From Felis catus (lineage: Eukaryota): a stretch of 64,000 nucleotides of DNA. Both the position numbers and the translations under genes were made by a program. Positions 1 through 13,399 of the stretch are shown piece by piece. The stretch lies in contig NC_058368.1 of the NCBI RefSeq assembly GCF_018350175.1, forward strand, positions 158,226,001 to 158,290,000. Direction: 5' to 3'. Below the pieces are notes generated by a model, which was not told where the DNA came from, did no database searches, and worked only from the letters and a program-made list of their open reading frames with translations. Positions within the stretch are counted from its first letter, which is position 1; every line of letters begins with the position of its first letter.

Positions 1-462
1 TCCCAAGAACCATCAGAAGTGATGGTAGATTTGGAAGCTATGGTCGTCCGTCGAGCCCATGCTGAACTGAGGCTTAAGTATGGTTTTAGACTCAACATGG
101 TCCTTAGACATCACATCTCCATGAGGAACCACATGTCTCCCACACTGGCAATTTGGGCTTTAAAATTAAGTGAGGCATTTTGTAGGAGACGAGACGCCGC
201 CTTAGAATCACCATCAGATCTATGTCTGGTTAATTATAGACTGACTTTCTACATCCCAAATGAATGTCTGTAGCTTCTCTTGATTTTTGAAAGCCACCCA
301 TGTCAGTGTGGAATTATCAACATCTTCAGAAGGAAGATTAAAGGGGTCCTTGTTTGTACAGTATACATATTTAGCCCTTCAGGAGTAAAGTCACTATTAC
401 ATTATCTTGTAACACCTCCTTATTTTAAACATTATCTTTCTTCCTTTTTTATGTTTTTATAG

Positions 463-525
463 CATGCCGGTGAAAAAACCAGTGGATCACCTTCAAAGTC
501 AGGAGAAAAGAAAGGATCAGATGAG
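463..525 (+). CDS. CAST: Calpastatin XL-region exon (1y): HAGEKTSGSPSKSGEKKGSDE
   Basis: Acceptor tttttatag, donor gag|gtaatt, 63 nt, phase 0. Matches recalled human calpastatin XL segment HVSEKTSESPSKPGEKKGSDE. Confidence 0.93.
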
Positions 526-3500
526 GTAATTTCTGCAGTACTGGGCTTTGCTTTTCTCTTGCTTTTAATTGTGAACTCTATCTTGACACAGATAATGAGG
601 TTGCAAAGAGTTCCTACTGGAATTTTGGCAGATTTGATCTGAATTAAGATTTGATTCAAGAATGTAAGTGAAAATCATTACAAATTAATAAGAATTAAGA
701 ATTAATAAGAATTCTTTTCCTGGGAAAAGAATCTTTAGAAATTGTTTCTATTTAGAACTAGAACCCAGTTATTGAAGGTATTTTCCCTATAGGAATTGCT
801 GAACCTTAAATGTTTTGTTGGTGAACATGGCAGATTTAGAGGAGGAAACCAAATGCTCTTTTTTTCATGAGAATACACTATGAAAGAAGAACAGTGATAG
901 CCTAGATTAATCCGTTATTCAGGTTCATAAACAAAAGGAAAAGAGAAAGTCTATTTTATTTGGCTCAATTGTGTGGAAACACTAGTAACACCAAATCTTT
1001 CCACTTTGAGATGGTTGTTTTTGAGCTTGTGAATTTCTCCTTCCACCGAATGACACACCATTATGTGGCCTTTCAACACTGGTCAACTTCTCCATGGAGA
1101 AGGGACCTGTGAATGTGCTGTCCTTCCAAAGGGCACTGGATGTGCCTCCCTTTTGCTACTTTTTACATTTTAGATCTCAATAGATATGCTCATCTTCATT
1201 TGATAGGAATTATCACTGTCATTTCCATTTGGTAAAACAGCCAAGTCCTAAATGGTACATGGAAAACCAGAAAGCATACAGTGATCATTATATTTTTTCT
1301 TTGTTATCAACATGGTTTCAAAAATTTTGCTCCTCTTCTTCCTGCAGTTTTGAAATATTTAATATGTTTCAATATATTCAATATAGGAAGAGATTGTTAT
1401 GAATAGAAGCTGCTATGGATTCTGCACTAAGGTTCACTCTACTTTCTACTGTCATTTTCTTACTAATATCCTTGAAAATATAATTTAGATTATTAATGAG
1501 CAGATTTGTAATGAAGTTTGCCATGGAGGGCAACTGTTTCTTTAAAATTAAAAAATAAGAGTAAACATTTATTTAGATTTTATCCTGTTTCTTTGTTAAA
1601 TTATTAAAAAATAAATTCCCATATGAAAAACCACATTTTCTCCCTTTACTAGCATGAAAATTACTACAGAGTGTCATTAAGTTCCCTTATCTACCCTACC
1701 TTTTAAGTATCTTCCCAGGTAAGATATCTATTAAATGATTTCCTATCTGAAAACAGTAGTGCATCTTTATTCTCCATACTAGGAAATAATTATTTTGGAT
1801 GTTATTCTCTATTAATATTAATTAAGAGTAACCTATGTACTTGAAAAGGGAAATCTTTCTAATGTGGTCAAGTGAATAATAGACTAGGTCTTATAGGAGT
1901 ATTCTCACTAAATATGTTATTACTTGAGAGCTTAAATATTACATCTTGAATGTACAGGCATCGTTGGTTTAGACAACATCTGATAGCACAGTATTAGGGT
2001 TGTTTTATATGTAACGCCCTGACTATAAAGTACCTTATTCCCATATTTATAAGGGGCTTGAGAAAACTAATAAGGAGCCCTCTTAAAATGTAGCCAGGGG
2101 ACAATTCGTGATTTCTGTGTTAGTAGAGGCAGACTATACTTTAAATTCGAAACCAAAAGGCTGAACTTCTATCTCAAGAAAAGGAAGAAGGGATTTTTCT
2201 TCTCTTTATCAGCAATTCAAGGAATTCCGACATTGTTCCAAAGCACTTCTGAGAAATTCAGGTTTATAGCTCTTCTTGTGCTGAGCCTGGACATACTGAT
2301 CTGTTGTGCTCTGTCCCCGCCAGCAGAACTGAAGAGAGGACGGAGGCTTTTCCTTGCTCCTTTGGCATAAATCACTGTAGTAATTCATATGGTCTGAGAC
2401 TGAAGATTGTTTATTATCCCACCAAATTCAGTCCATATCTGTTTGATAGGGTAGACAGACCTGTGAGTTAGGATGACTTGGTAGTCAAGATATATTTCCA
2501 ATGGGATATGTCTCCAGGGAATCTCTAATTCTTTATGTTACGTACAGATAAGTCATTGGTGAGATATTGTGGGCCTGGAGACAATTCAAGGAAACTATCT
2601 AGTATTAGGCATTAGTTTAGCCTTTGTATTCACAGTTATAACACCATGTACAATTTGGATATGTTATCTATCCTGCCTACCATCCATGATTGGTTACCAT
2701 TCTCTTTCCTTCTCAAAATTACCAGAGAAAGATTTCCTCAAACTAATCCTTTCTCCCAAATATTTTCTTACCACTGCTCTTTTGAACAAGAAGTGAAATC
2801 CAGAAGCTTAGTTTGGGTTTTGGTAATCCCTTTTCAGACTAGTATATACTTCCAAAGGTTAAACAACATGTCCCTAAGCATATGCAAACATGTAGGCTAG
2901 GCTTCTACAGACAAACCCAGGCCTTTGAAACAAAGTCAGTTTGAAAGTGTGCTTTCTATGCTTAGGGATACTTCTCTGCATTTGTTTTCTTTCTCCCTTT
3001 ATTACTTTGCTGCATTTTATTTGGAGGTGCAAGAAAAAGGGTACATAGGAGGACTTTGGGAAGATATAACCAGGAGCAAAATGATTAGGGTTAGGTAAGA
3101 ACCACTATTATATTGTCATATGTAAAAATACCTAGGGATGAATGCTCTGTGTGAATTTTAGAGCTCTTTCTCTCCTGCAATCATAAATGGTTTTTACTGG
3201 TTGGAATTTGACCCCTACATAGCCACAAAGTTATCCTAAGAAGTTGGCAGCAATTTTAACAGAATCTTACAACCAAAATATCATTTGTCGTGTTGCGTTT
3301 CCAATACAGATGCTTGAGGCTGGACTAGAGTAAGTGTCTAGAACATATTCACTTACTTCTTTATACCAGTCATTATGAATTGGCTAAGACCTCCTCAGAT
3401 GTAAAGGAGTTACAAAACTAAAAGTTGCATGGATTAATTAACCAAAGGTAAAAGGACTAGAGCAGGAAAAGGAAAAATGGGAAAACTTAACATCAGCCCC

Positions 3501-4088
3501 TTTAAAAACACTGGAACAAAGAAGCCTTTCCAAACCTGCAGTCAAATCTATGTATAGTATTTGACTAACACATCTGGCCACACTGGGGGAGTATGATCAT
3601 TTGCGCAACATATGTCAGTGAAGGCCTGAGGAATGGAATTTAAAGCATAAGATGGGCACAATCTTTTAGAGCCAATTATAAGAACCCAAATTTAATAATA
3701 GATATATTTTTGTGGGTACCAAGGGAGCTATAAACAGGATAGAAATCGTGCCTTAGAGGAAAAGATATGTGGGATTCTTTTCTCAGTATTTACCTTTCCT
3801 CCTTCTAAAATGCATAAAGTATTAAATGACTCCCACCATTTTTTACACTTTTCCTCTTAATGAAATTAGTCTTTTTTTTAATCACAAAGACAATGTGTAC
3901 TTGTGAAAAACAGTGTTACGTAGTCTACCACTTATTTATAACTATTGGTATAAATTTTTCTGTGTATTCTTAAATTAATGTGATAATGTTGAATGTTCAT
4001 ACTTAATATATGATTTGCTGATTTTAGCAACTTTTTAATACAGCTAAAACATAATCATTGAACAAAATTGAGAAAGTACTGAAGAGGA

Positions 4089-4296
4089 TTTTTTTTTTAA
4101 GTTTATTTATTCCAAGAGAAAGAGCACATGAGCAGGGGAGGAACAGAGAGAGAGGGAGGGAGAGAGAGAACCCCAAACAGCCTCCCCACTTTGAGCATGG
4201 ACCCCAATGTGGAGCTTAAACTCACAAACCATGAGGTTATGACCTGAGCCGAGATCTAGAGCAGACACTTAACTGACTAATCCACCCAGATGCTCC
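4089..4296 (-). mobile_element. CAN-SINE (SINEC), diverged
   Basis: Poly-T, (GA)n body and reverse complement of the tRNA-like head (ttaactgactaatccacccagatgctcc). Confidence 0.85.
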
Positions 4297-6597
4297 AAGA
4301 AAATAGTGAAGACTTTAAAGAAAAAATACCATCATCTACCATTCTAGCACCTACAGACATGGCCACTACTTCCATCTTGGCGTATATCCCTATGTGATTT
4401 TTCTCTGTGTATATATTATGTTTAAGCAGAGATAACAATGAAAATCATTAGTAGGGCCTAGAAAAGGATAAATAATGTGCTTTGTGAGAGATCAATTTTT
4501 TCTAGTTAAAAAGAGTCGTCATCGTGTAGGTTTTAAGAAAATCATTATTCAGGTATCTTGGCATTTTATTAGGGCATTTAATCTAGTCTTTATGTAGTGC
4601 TATGTTTTTGAGGGAGAAACACCTTTAAAAACTCTTCGGGGACAGTGTTCTCACAAGCAAGTGATTTAGCTGTTGTTAGCAAATTCTGGAAGAGTAGTAC
4701 AGCATATATTGTTTTAAGGGATTATCGGTCATGACAAAAAAGTCCATGATAATTGTGGGGAGTTGACTGTGGCTGCACAAGCTCATGTCCCAGTGCCAAG
4801 AAAGAGGCAAAGTCAAAGTGCCCCGAGCTCAGTCCTACCTGGCTCAGTGGGAGAGCCATACTCCAGCAGCTAGCCCAGAATCCAACTGCGTGGCTGATTT
4901 GGCAGGTTAAAAACTCTCTAAGGGAAGCTCCAGAAATTCTTTTGGACTGCAGTTTCCTCATTTTCGTTTTTAGTTGTAAATTTCAATTCATGTCTTCATT
5001 GACTGGAATATTTTTAAACATAATTTTTTCAGGGAGGGAGCACGAATGGTGATTTTCTGAACATGCTTTTGTGCTGGCTTCACACAAGAAATAAATACAA
5101 AATTGTACAACATCCTTGGTGAGCAATTCTGTTCCCTCAAAATTCTATACATGTTGCTCCAAGATTGTCTGGCTTTCTGTGCTGTAGAGATGTGTGGGGA
5201 AGCCTAATTTTAATTTATTTTTAGAAATTCTGTTTTTCCTGTCTTAGTGCATATACAATTTTGTTGTTGTCCTTACAATTTAAAAAAAATTGCCAGGAGG
5301 TACGTATTTATCTGTTTCTCTTTATTAATTGTTTTCCTGAGAATGTCTTATTGAATTATTGCTTTTATTTTGGTTTAGCCCTCATGGCAATAAAAATCAT
5401 TATCTTATTGATTTCTAACTATGGGATGGGGCAGGATGCAAAATCTTTTGTCTATTATATATTGCAGAGCCTTTCCCATTAAAAAAAGAAGAAAGTTTGG
5501 TAGTTAATTAAGCTTAGTAGCTGTTTTGTTTAAAAAACAACACCATACTATATGTAGCACCCAGAACATATGCCAATAGCTATAAAGTAGAGACCTTAGG
5601 CATCATCATTCAATGAATTGTTTTATCAGAAGCTAAGGATACACTTTTAATAAATAATATGAAAATAATGTGCTTTTAAATCAAGCATCTGTGATATACA
5701 AATTGTTATGTCATTGGATAGGGAAAGGCTAGTAAAAAACAGTAAGTACTTTGCCTTTATAAGTGAGCACATAAATGTATCAACATTGTATCATATAGTG
5801 ATAGTATGACTTTCATTATTGTGCTTTGAATTTATGAGCCTAATTATTGAAGACCTTAGATCTCACCAAAATTGTCTCTGAAAAGTTGTACCTTATGGCA
5901 TATGGAATTGCAATCAAATGTTAACAAAATATCAAAGGAATTGAATGGAAGGTAAATTTACTGGCTTCAGAGTAAATCGTAAGTCCTGGAAACCTGATGG
6001 ACAATTGATTAAATATTATTCCTGAAATATACTCTTTTAAATTATATATTTGTTTTCATTCTTCTCTTTAGATTTTATTAGCTTCTCAAAGATAATGGCA
6101 TGACTGATTGAAAAGGGACAATAACCTGAAATCATGCTCATAGCAAAATAACCAGTTTCATCTGAGGGCTGCAAATGTATGATTCTTGTCATAAAGTCAG
6201 CAACATTTTATCATACAAAAATGTGCATCATAGCTTATTTTTATTTTAAATTTTATATATTATATTTTATAATATATATTATCTATAATAATATATATTA
6301 TATGTTACATTTTATATATATTATTATTTTATATTTTATTTTATATTTATTTTATTATTTTAAAAACAGTTCATTTGTGAAAGCAAAACCTAAAGGAAAG
6401 TTGATGCCATCAAATCTTTTATGTTTCAGTCAGAATTATTACAGAATGATTAGTAAATGTATAGAGCAGTGTGTTAGTATCATAAAAAATTTTTAAAAAC
6501 TCTATTCCTAATTTTTGTTTTGTTTTTACCAATTACTTCAGGTGACTCTTATGTCACTGGTCTTCTGAGTACATTTTGAGTTACACTGAAATAATTC

Positions 6598-6607
6598 TTT
6601 TTTTTAA

Positions 6608-6649
<42 letters not shown>

Positions 6650-6836
6650 TTAAGAGAGAGAGAGATAGAGTATAAACAGGGGAGGGGCAGAGGGAGAAAG
6701 AGAGAGAGAGAATCCCAAGCAGGCTCCACGCCTAGTGGGGAGCCCACCACAGGGCTCAGTCTCACTCCTGTGAGATCATAATCTGAGCCAAAATCAAGAG
6801 TTAGGAGCTTAACCAACTGAGCCACCCAGGTGCCCC
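6598..6836 (-). mobile_element. CAN-SINE with (ATT)n tail
   Basis: Head ends gagccacccaggtgcccc; ataattctt flanks both sides (TSD-like). Confidence 0.9.
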
Positions 6837-6904
6837 AAGATAATTCTTACAGAGTGCATAGCACAGTGCTTGGCACACATAAGCATTTGTTTCTTGTTTT
6901 TTGT

Positions 6905-7002
6905 TCTCTTTCTCCCTTCCTTCCTTCCTTCCTTCCTTCCTTCCTTCCTTCCTTCCTTCCTTCCTTCTTTCCTCCCTCCCTCCCTCCCTCCCTCCCTCCC
7001 TC

Positions 7003-7034
<32 letters not shown>

Positions 7035-7035
7035 T
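6905..7035. repeat. Compound pyrimidine microsatellite (CCTT)n(CCCT)n(CTTT)n
   Basis: Read directly from the sequence. Confidence 0.95.
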
Positions 7036-7445
7036 GTAGATCATCTTTCCACCCTGGCCCTTGTACCTACTGTTCTCTGTCATGTTCTGGCGATAGCGTG
7101 ACTGAAGCACATTAAGAGTGCTGAAGTTTCTAAGAGTCATTGAATCACATGGGTGCCTTTGGTTGGAGCAAGTACTAACCGTGTTTTCCTCTAATTTTCG
7201 TAGGACCTTGTCTAGGGAGCTATTCCTTCTTTCTTTTCCTCTTTGTTTAATGATTCCTTTAGATTACATATTAGTTCAGTCTTCTTCATCATAAACTGTT
7301 TCAAAATATATCCTTTGAAATTGCTCAAGCTCCCATTTTATCTTCCTTTCTAACCCTCAGTGCCAAAATTCTTGTTTGAAATCATTGAAGAAAAGAGTGT
7401 CCAGAGAAAGAGGAGAGAAACCAAAAGCAGATGTTGATAAATGCC

Positions 7446-7472
7446 TGTGTGTGTGTGGGGGGGGGGGGGGGG
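7446..7472. repeat. (TG)n followed by a G16 tract
   Basis: Read directly; G run at 7457-7472. Confidence 0.9.
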
Positions 7473-8599
7473 TAGGAAGGAGAAATCAGTGAACAGGTCA
7501 AAGAAAAAGCAATTAATAGGTAGGGGGGACCTGGGTGTTGCAGTGTCATTAATGGGAAGACTGGAAAAAGGGTCTATGCTGGTAATTGCAGAATTATGGG
7601 GGCTGTGGAAAGACCCTGGATTGGAGATGGGGATATTGTTGGTGCTCTTTGGAGCTGTCTCTTTTATGCTTGGGAGGGTGCTGAGTAAGTGGAGATTCTG
7701 CACTGATGACCCTTCAATGTACATGGATTTATGTAATGAACATCAGTAAAGCAAAAAAAGTTGAAATCAGTGTTCACTTATACAAAAAAGAGTTAAGTGT
7801 GGCCTAGATGCATCACATGTTACAGATTTCTTGGATTGTTTGCCAGTTGTTTATAGGTAAATAGATTCACTTGTTAATTGAGTAGTATCAAGTAAGAAAG
7901 ACAATATTTGGAAAGAACTCAGGAGGGAATTCTAAACATATGTTTATCTTAATCATTAGGACATCAGGCTTTTTGGTTGGTTATTTACATTAAGGTTAGC
8001 ATCCCTGGATTTTTTCTTTTGTAAATCAAGTCAGTCAGTCCATTCCTACATAGTCTAATTGGAGCTCAAGAGCAGAAATTTTGGACTTAAGTACATTCCA
8101 GAGATATAGCACTCTGAAATCTGCAGATGCAACTTTGAAGAAAAACATTTCTTTTATAGGAAATTGATCAAGTACTTTTATATTCACATTCCAATTTTGG
8201 TTTCACTTAGTACTTGGGTTAACCATTGCTTCATTGAATGTAATTTTGTGACTGGCTTTTTTTGTGCTTTCTTAAAAGATGGGTAGACTCTGGAAAATCT
8301 GAAACCAAGCATCTATTCCACTGAATAATGAAAGCAAAATAGGAAGCTGAATGACTAATGGATTTTAAAATAGTGCATTTAGAAGATAATGAAGGTTCTT
8401 AGGACCAGCTATAGGGACAAGAGTTTGCAGAGATACATGTTAGGTGTGGTGATATCGGCCTGAATGCTAAAAACATAGTTCAGGGGACACCCAGTGGTTA
8501 AAAGGAGGAAATTCTTTGCTATGGTAATGTTCAAAAAGTGATGGAATAAAATATTTCTAGCTTTAGCAATGATGATACATTGTTGATTTTGTCTTTCTA

Positions 8600-8816
8600 T
8601 TTTTTTTTTTTTTCAACGTTTATTTATTTTTGGGACAGAGAGAGACAGAGCATGAACAGGGAAGGGGCAGAGAGAGAGGGAGACACAGAATCGGAAACAG
8701 GCTCCAGGCTCTGAGCCATCAGCCCAGAGCCTGACGTGGGGCTCGAACTCCCGGACCGTGAGATCGTGACCTGGCTGAAGTCGGACACTTAACCGACTGC
8801 GACACCCAGGCGCCCC
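8600..8816 (-). mobile_element. Young felid SINE (SINEC_Fc-type)
   Basis: CpG-retaining copy; 14-bp TSD attttgtctttcta at 8586-8599 and 8818-8831. Confidence 0.93.
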
Positions 8817-9618
8817 TATTTTGTCTTTCTAAATTAGCATATGTTAGGGGTGTCTGTGTGTGTATTTTAAGAAGGAGGCTTGATTTTGACTTCTTTTATA
8901 AATTTTCTTCAAATATTTGAAAACTTCAAAATTATGAAATTGTAAATCTATATGATTAAACTCTTAAGAAAAACATAAATGGTGTTTTAAAATGGAAAAT
9001 AACTGAGAGCCTTGAATAAGAAAAACAATTCATCCTTTTTTATCTAGAAATTCCCAGTCTGAGAATTTGTTTCAAGTGCATAATCAGAGGTGTACATGAT
9101 GGCACAAGGATCTTCATCACTGTATTTATAATAATGACAAACTGGGAGAGAAACAAACATAGAGCAGTAATGAATTGGTGAAGTTACCACACAGATGTAG
9201 TAACTGAGGTATCTTGAACACCATGCTTCAAAGAACATTTAGTGAAGAAAAGTGTTTATGTTAGGATAAAAAAAAAAGATGAAGGAATCACAATTTCACT
9301 TATATACTGTATTTATAACATTGTGAATATTTTTTTATTTACACAAGAATAGAAAAATAACTGAAAGTAGCTGTCTTGATTGACAGGAATTTGAGTAATT
9401 TACATTTCTTTTTTCTACTTTTTATTCTAAATGTATTTTTTTAATCAGAAGGAAAAGAATAAAGATCATCAGGTTATAAAAGAATAATGAAAGTGTTTTT
9501 AACAGTGATCGGAACTAAATCTGTGCATATGTCTGCTTACACATTAAAGAGAGAAGTATTTTAGATGTGAGCCTTTTTTCTTTAGAACCCCTTAGAGATC
9601 CAGCAGCTGCTACTCCTC

Positions 9619-9643
9619 TGTGTGTGTGTGTGTGTGTGTGTGT
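9619..9643. repeat. (TG)n microsatellite
   Basis: Read directly from the sequence. Confidence 0.9.
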
Positions 9644-10376
9644 TTATGTACAGGGACAAGCAAATGTGCATGTTTGACTAGAAGTGTGTCTCTTACATAT
9701 GGACAGAGAATTAGGTAGCTTAGAGGGCAAGGATTCATAATTATTTTCAGTTCATAGTCCCTATGGAATCTGATGAAAACTGATCTTTTCCTCTGAAAAG
9801 TACATACATATGTGTGTACAAAACATACTCCCAAAATGTGACATACAATTTAAGGACATTTAGAGGTACACGCCATCCCCAGTCCTGAAGGGGCAATCTT
9901 GTTGAGTAGATATATTTAGGAGGTACCATCCAATAATAATTCCCAGTTAGCTTGTTGTCTGTAATTCCACCATTAGCAACTTACTTAACCTTTGAGTTAA
10001 ACATTGCTTTCTCCTGGATCCTCTTTTAAATTCTGAGTATTCCTAGGAGAGATAATATATCAATTATTAACACCTTAGTGAGAAGTATTTTGACAAGAGA
10101 AGATTGGTAAGGGTAGTTGAGAACTAGAGAGCATTTGATAATAATAGCTAACACAAATATAGGCATTGTACACACCCACATACATGCACCCGTCTTATAA
10201 TAATCTCATTCTCCTGGTGAGGAAATTGAGGAAAAGCTTGATTAAATAACTTGTCCAAGGTTATACAGGTATTTGGTAGTGAAGTCCAGAATTGACTCAG
10301 TTTACAGAGTCAGGGCTTTTAACTACTATCTTGATAATATTCATAAAATTACCTATTTTAAGAATTCTGTCTATTT

Positions 10377-10590
10377 GGGGCACCTGGATGGCTCAGTCAT
10401 TTAAGCACCCAACTTTGGCTCAGGTCATGATCTCACCGTTTGTGACCTGGAGCCCCACATCGGGCTCTGAGCTCACAGCTCGGAGCCTGGAGTCTGCTTC
10501 AGATTCTGTGTCTCCCTTTCTCTCTGTCCCTCCCCTGTACACGCTCTGTCTCTCAAAACTTAATAAAAAGTTTTAAAAAAATAAAAAGAA
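10377..10590 (+). mobile_element. CAN-SINE
   Basis: Head ggggcacctggatggctcagt, CT-rich body, A tail; TSD-like aagaattct(g/a)tcta. Confidence 0.9.
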
Positions 10591-10726
10591 GAAGAATTCT
10601 ATCTAAGGCTAACACCATAGACTTTCTTACTACTGTTGTCAATTTTTGTAAATCTTTCCTTCTTTCCTCCTTGTGTTGTACCCTCTTTTCATTCAAGAAG
10701 TTTATAAAGTAAGATTAAGTCATTCC

Positions 10727-10916
10727 ACAGGAATAAAAGGCACAGCATAGGGAATATAGCCAATGATATTGTAATAGTGTGTATGATAGATGGTAGTTGC
10801 ACTTGTGATGAGCACAACATAACACTTGGAGTTGTTGAATCACTATGTTGCACACGTGAAACTAATGTAACGTTGTGTGTCAACTATACTTTACTAAAAA
10901 AATAAATTAAAAAAGG
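10727..10916 (+). mobile_element. 5'-truncated L1 (3' UTR end)
   Basis: Typical L1 end (gaatcactatgttgcacacgtgaaactaat...tgtcaactatactt, A tail); 16-bp TSD aagattaa(g/a)tcattcc at 10711-10726 and 10917-10932. Confidence 0.85.
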
Positions 10917-11503
10917 AAGATTAAATCATTCCTATTTCCTTGAATCTGAAATGAAGAAAGTGCATTCTCTCTCCATGGGGTCAGAAATGCAACATGGAGG
11001 AAAGCTGGGTCACAGCAGACAGAGTCAGGAAAAGGCTAGCATTGGGGCTGCTTAGCAAGACAGCCACCCAGGACTAGAAAGACTTGAGTTGGCTTGGTGA
11101 TGATGAGTAGGTACTGAGTGGTTAGAAAATAAACACACTCAATGAAGTGCAGCTACCATAGTCTGTGTTATTAAGACCCTTGTGCATGAGGCATTTCCCT
11201 CAGTAAGTGAATTTCTATGCAATGAGTTAATGGTAAGATTTATTCATTATGACATATTTATCACTGTTTCCCAGGGGCTAATATATCCTATGTATTACAT
11301 TGCATTTGTGGTAGCATACATTTATACTTCTTTTGGTAATAAAGGCAACTTGTATTTATTTGTAGACTATTTACAACCATGGTATAAAGGATCATTTGTA
11401 GATAAGAGTCAAGCTTTATAATTGGTACTGTTGGGGGATAGGCCTACCCTTTTGAAAGACAGTTATTTTCTAGATACTATTTTCTGATAAAGCATGTGTT
11501 TTT

Positions 11504-11713
11504 GGGGCGCCTGGGTGGCTCAGTCGGTTGAGCGTCCGACTTCGGCTCAGGTCATGATCTCACAGTCTATGAGTTTGAACCCCACGTCCGGCTCTGTGCT
11601 GACAGCTCAGAGCCTGGAGCCTGCTTTGGATTCTGTGTCCCCCCTCTCTCTCTGCCCCTCCCCCACTCATGCTCTGCCTCTCTCTGTCTCAGAAATAAAC
11701 GTTAAAAAAAAAA
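11504..11713 (+). mobile_element. CAN-SINE (SINEC_Fc-type)
   Basis: Canonical head ggggcgcctgggtggctcagtcggtt; TSD aaagcatgtgtttt. Confidence 0.93.
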
Positions 11714-11954
11714 AGCATGTGTTTTCATGTGGAAACACAATATTTCTTGTCATTTTATAGGGTAACTATTAAGTAATGGAACTGATTTGTTAACAAATAT
11801 GTCAAAACATATATTTTAATGAGAGTTTTTATCCTGAAAACTACTACATTTCATAAAGTCTTAAGAAACCATTGATCTAAAAATGCACTGATTGAAAAAT
11901 GCTAAGAAAAGAAAAACTAGAAATTAATCTCTGACCATAGATTTTCTGTACTTA

Positions 11955-12110
11955 TTTTTTTTTATTAAAGTATAATTAATGTACAGTGTCTTATGTTTCA
12001 GGTGTACAATATGATTCAATAATTTTATACATTATTCATTGATCGTCACAATAAGTGTACTCTTAATCCCTTTATCTATGTCACCCATGCCCCCACCCAC
12101 CTCCCCTCTT
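11955..12110 (-). mobile_element. L1 3' end fragment
   Basis: Motifs tttcaggtgtacaa...tgattcaa...cccccacccacctcccctct typical of carnivore L1 3' UTR on the minus strand. Confidence 0.7.
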
Positions 12111-12133
12111 ATATTATTTTTAAGAAGCATCTG

Positions 12134-12628
12134 GGGGCACCTGGGTGGCCCAGTTGGTTACGTATCTGACTTCAGCTCAGGTCATGATCTCATGGATCAT
12201 GAGTTTGAGCCCCGCATTGGGCTCTGTGCTGGCAGCTAGGAGCCTGAAGCCTGCTTCAGATTCATGCCTCCTTCTCTCTCTGCCCCTCCCCTGCTCATGG
12301 TCTGTCTCTCTCTCTCTCTCTCTTCAAAATAAATGAACATTGGGGCACCTGGGTGGTGCAGTCGGTTAAGCGTCCGACTTCAGCCAGGTCACGATCTCGC
12401 GGTCCGTGAGTTCGAGCCCCGCGTCAGGCTCTGGGCTGATGGCTCGGAGCCTGGAGCCTGTTTCCGATTCTGTGTCTCCCTCTCTCTCTGCCCCTCCCCC
12501 GGTCATGCTCTGTCTCTCTCTGTCCCAAAAAAAATAAATAAAAAACGTTGAAAAAAAATGTTTAAATATTAAAAAAAATAAAAATAAAAATAAATAAATA
12601 AATGAACATTAAAAAAATTATTAAAAAA
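12134..12628 (+). mobile_element. Nested SINE pair: young SINE (12342-12595) inserted in the tail of an older SINE
   Basis: Outer TSD aagaagcatctg (12122-12133, 12629-12640); inner TSD aaataaatgaacatt (12327-12341, 12596-12610). Confidence 0.93.
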
Positions 12629-13399
12629 AAGAAGCATCTGTATGTAAGAGGCATGGAAAAGGAAAGAAAACGGTGACTTCCTATCAATAAAATGAAATCC
12701 AGTGGTAACCTGAAAATTTATATAGTTAAGCTACTTTCCATTGTTCAAATAATATTGATATTAATTCTACTTTTACATTCAGAACACAAAAGCATTTCAT
12801 CTTTCCATCAATATTTTTTTTCACTAAAATCATTTGTTAATCCAGTTCAGTAGCTTTCTCATGTTTACCATATATGAATCTGATTAGTTTTTGGTAGGTT
12901 CAAAAACTTAAATCTCCTTTGAGAGCATAAATTTGTTTTGCATCCAAGGATAGTCAAATAATGTGTTGCAGTTTCTGAAAAAAGTTCAACAAAGAGTTTC
13001 ACAAATATCATGAGAAATTATTTGAGCGTGCCAGCAGCCACATTGAACCTTTGAGGATTTCAATACTCGTTTAATGCAAAAGTTCTTGTATATCTGTGTG
13101 CTCAAAAATTTTGTGACCTATAATGTCTGACTCTTAAAGGCTGTACTTTTAAGGGCTCCCCAAAGAATATTTGCTATTAGTTTGGTAGAAAGGTAGGCTA
13201 TCTCCATTTTCTTGCTCTTTGGATGGAGAAGAGAATCACTGGTTTTGTGGCTGCAGGAACTCTAACCAACTCCCTGGAAGAGAAAGACATCATGTCAGCT
13301 GAGACAGAACTCTTGCCCCACATGTAGATTTTGTCATCACTGGAAGTGTTTGAGGGATGGGCATCTAAAAACCAACTTGCCCCTTTGTTCATACCCTAT

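Noticed and set aside
6179..7140. ORFs rich in I/Y/F, LPSF or EGRK repeats (also 62306-62584)
   Set aside because: Translations of AT-rich low-complexity DNA and microsatellites.
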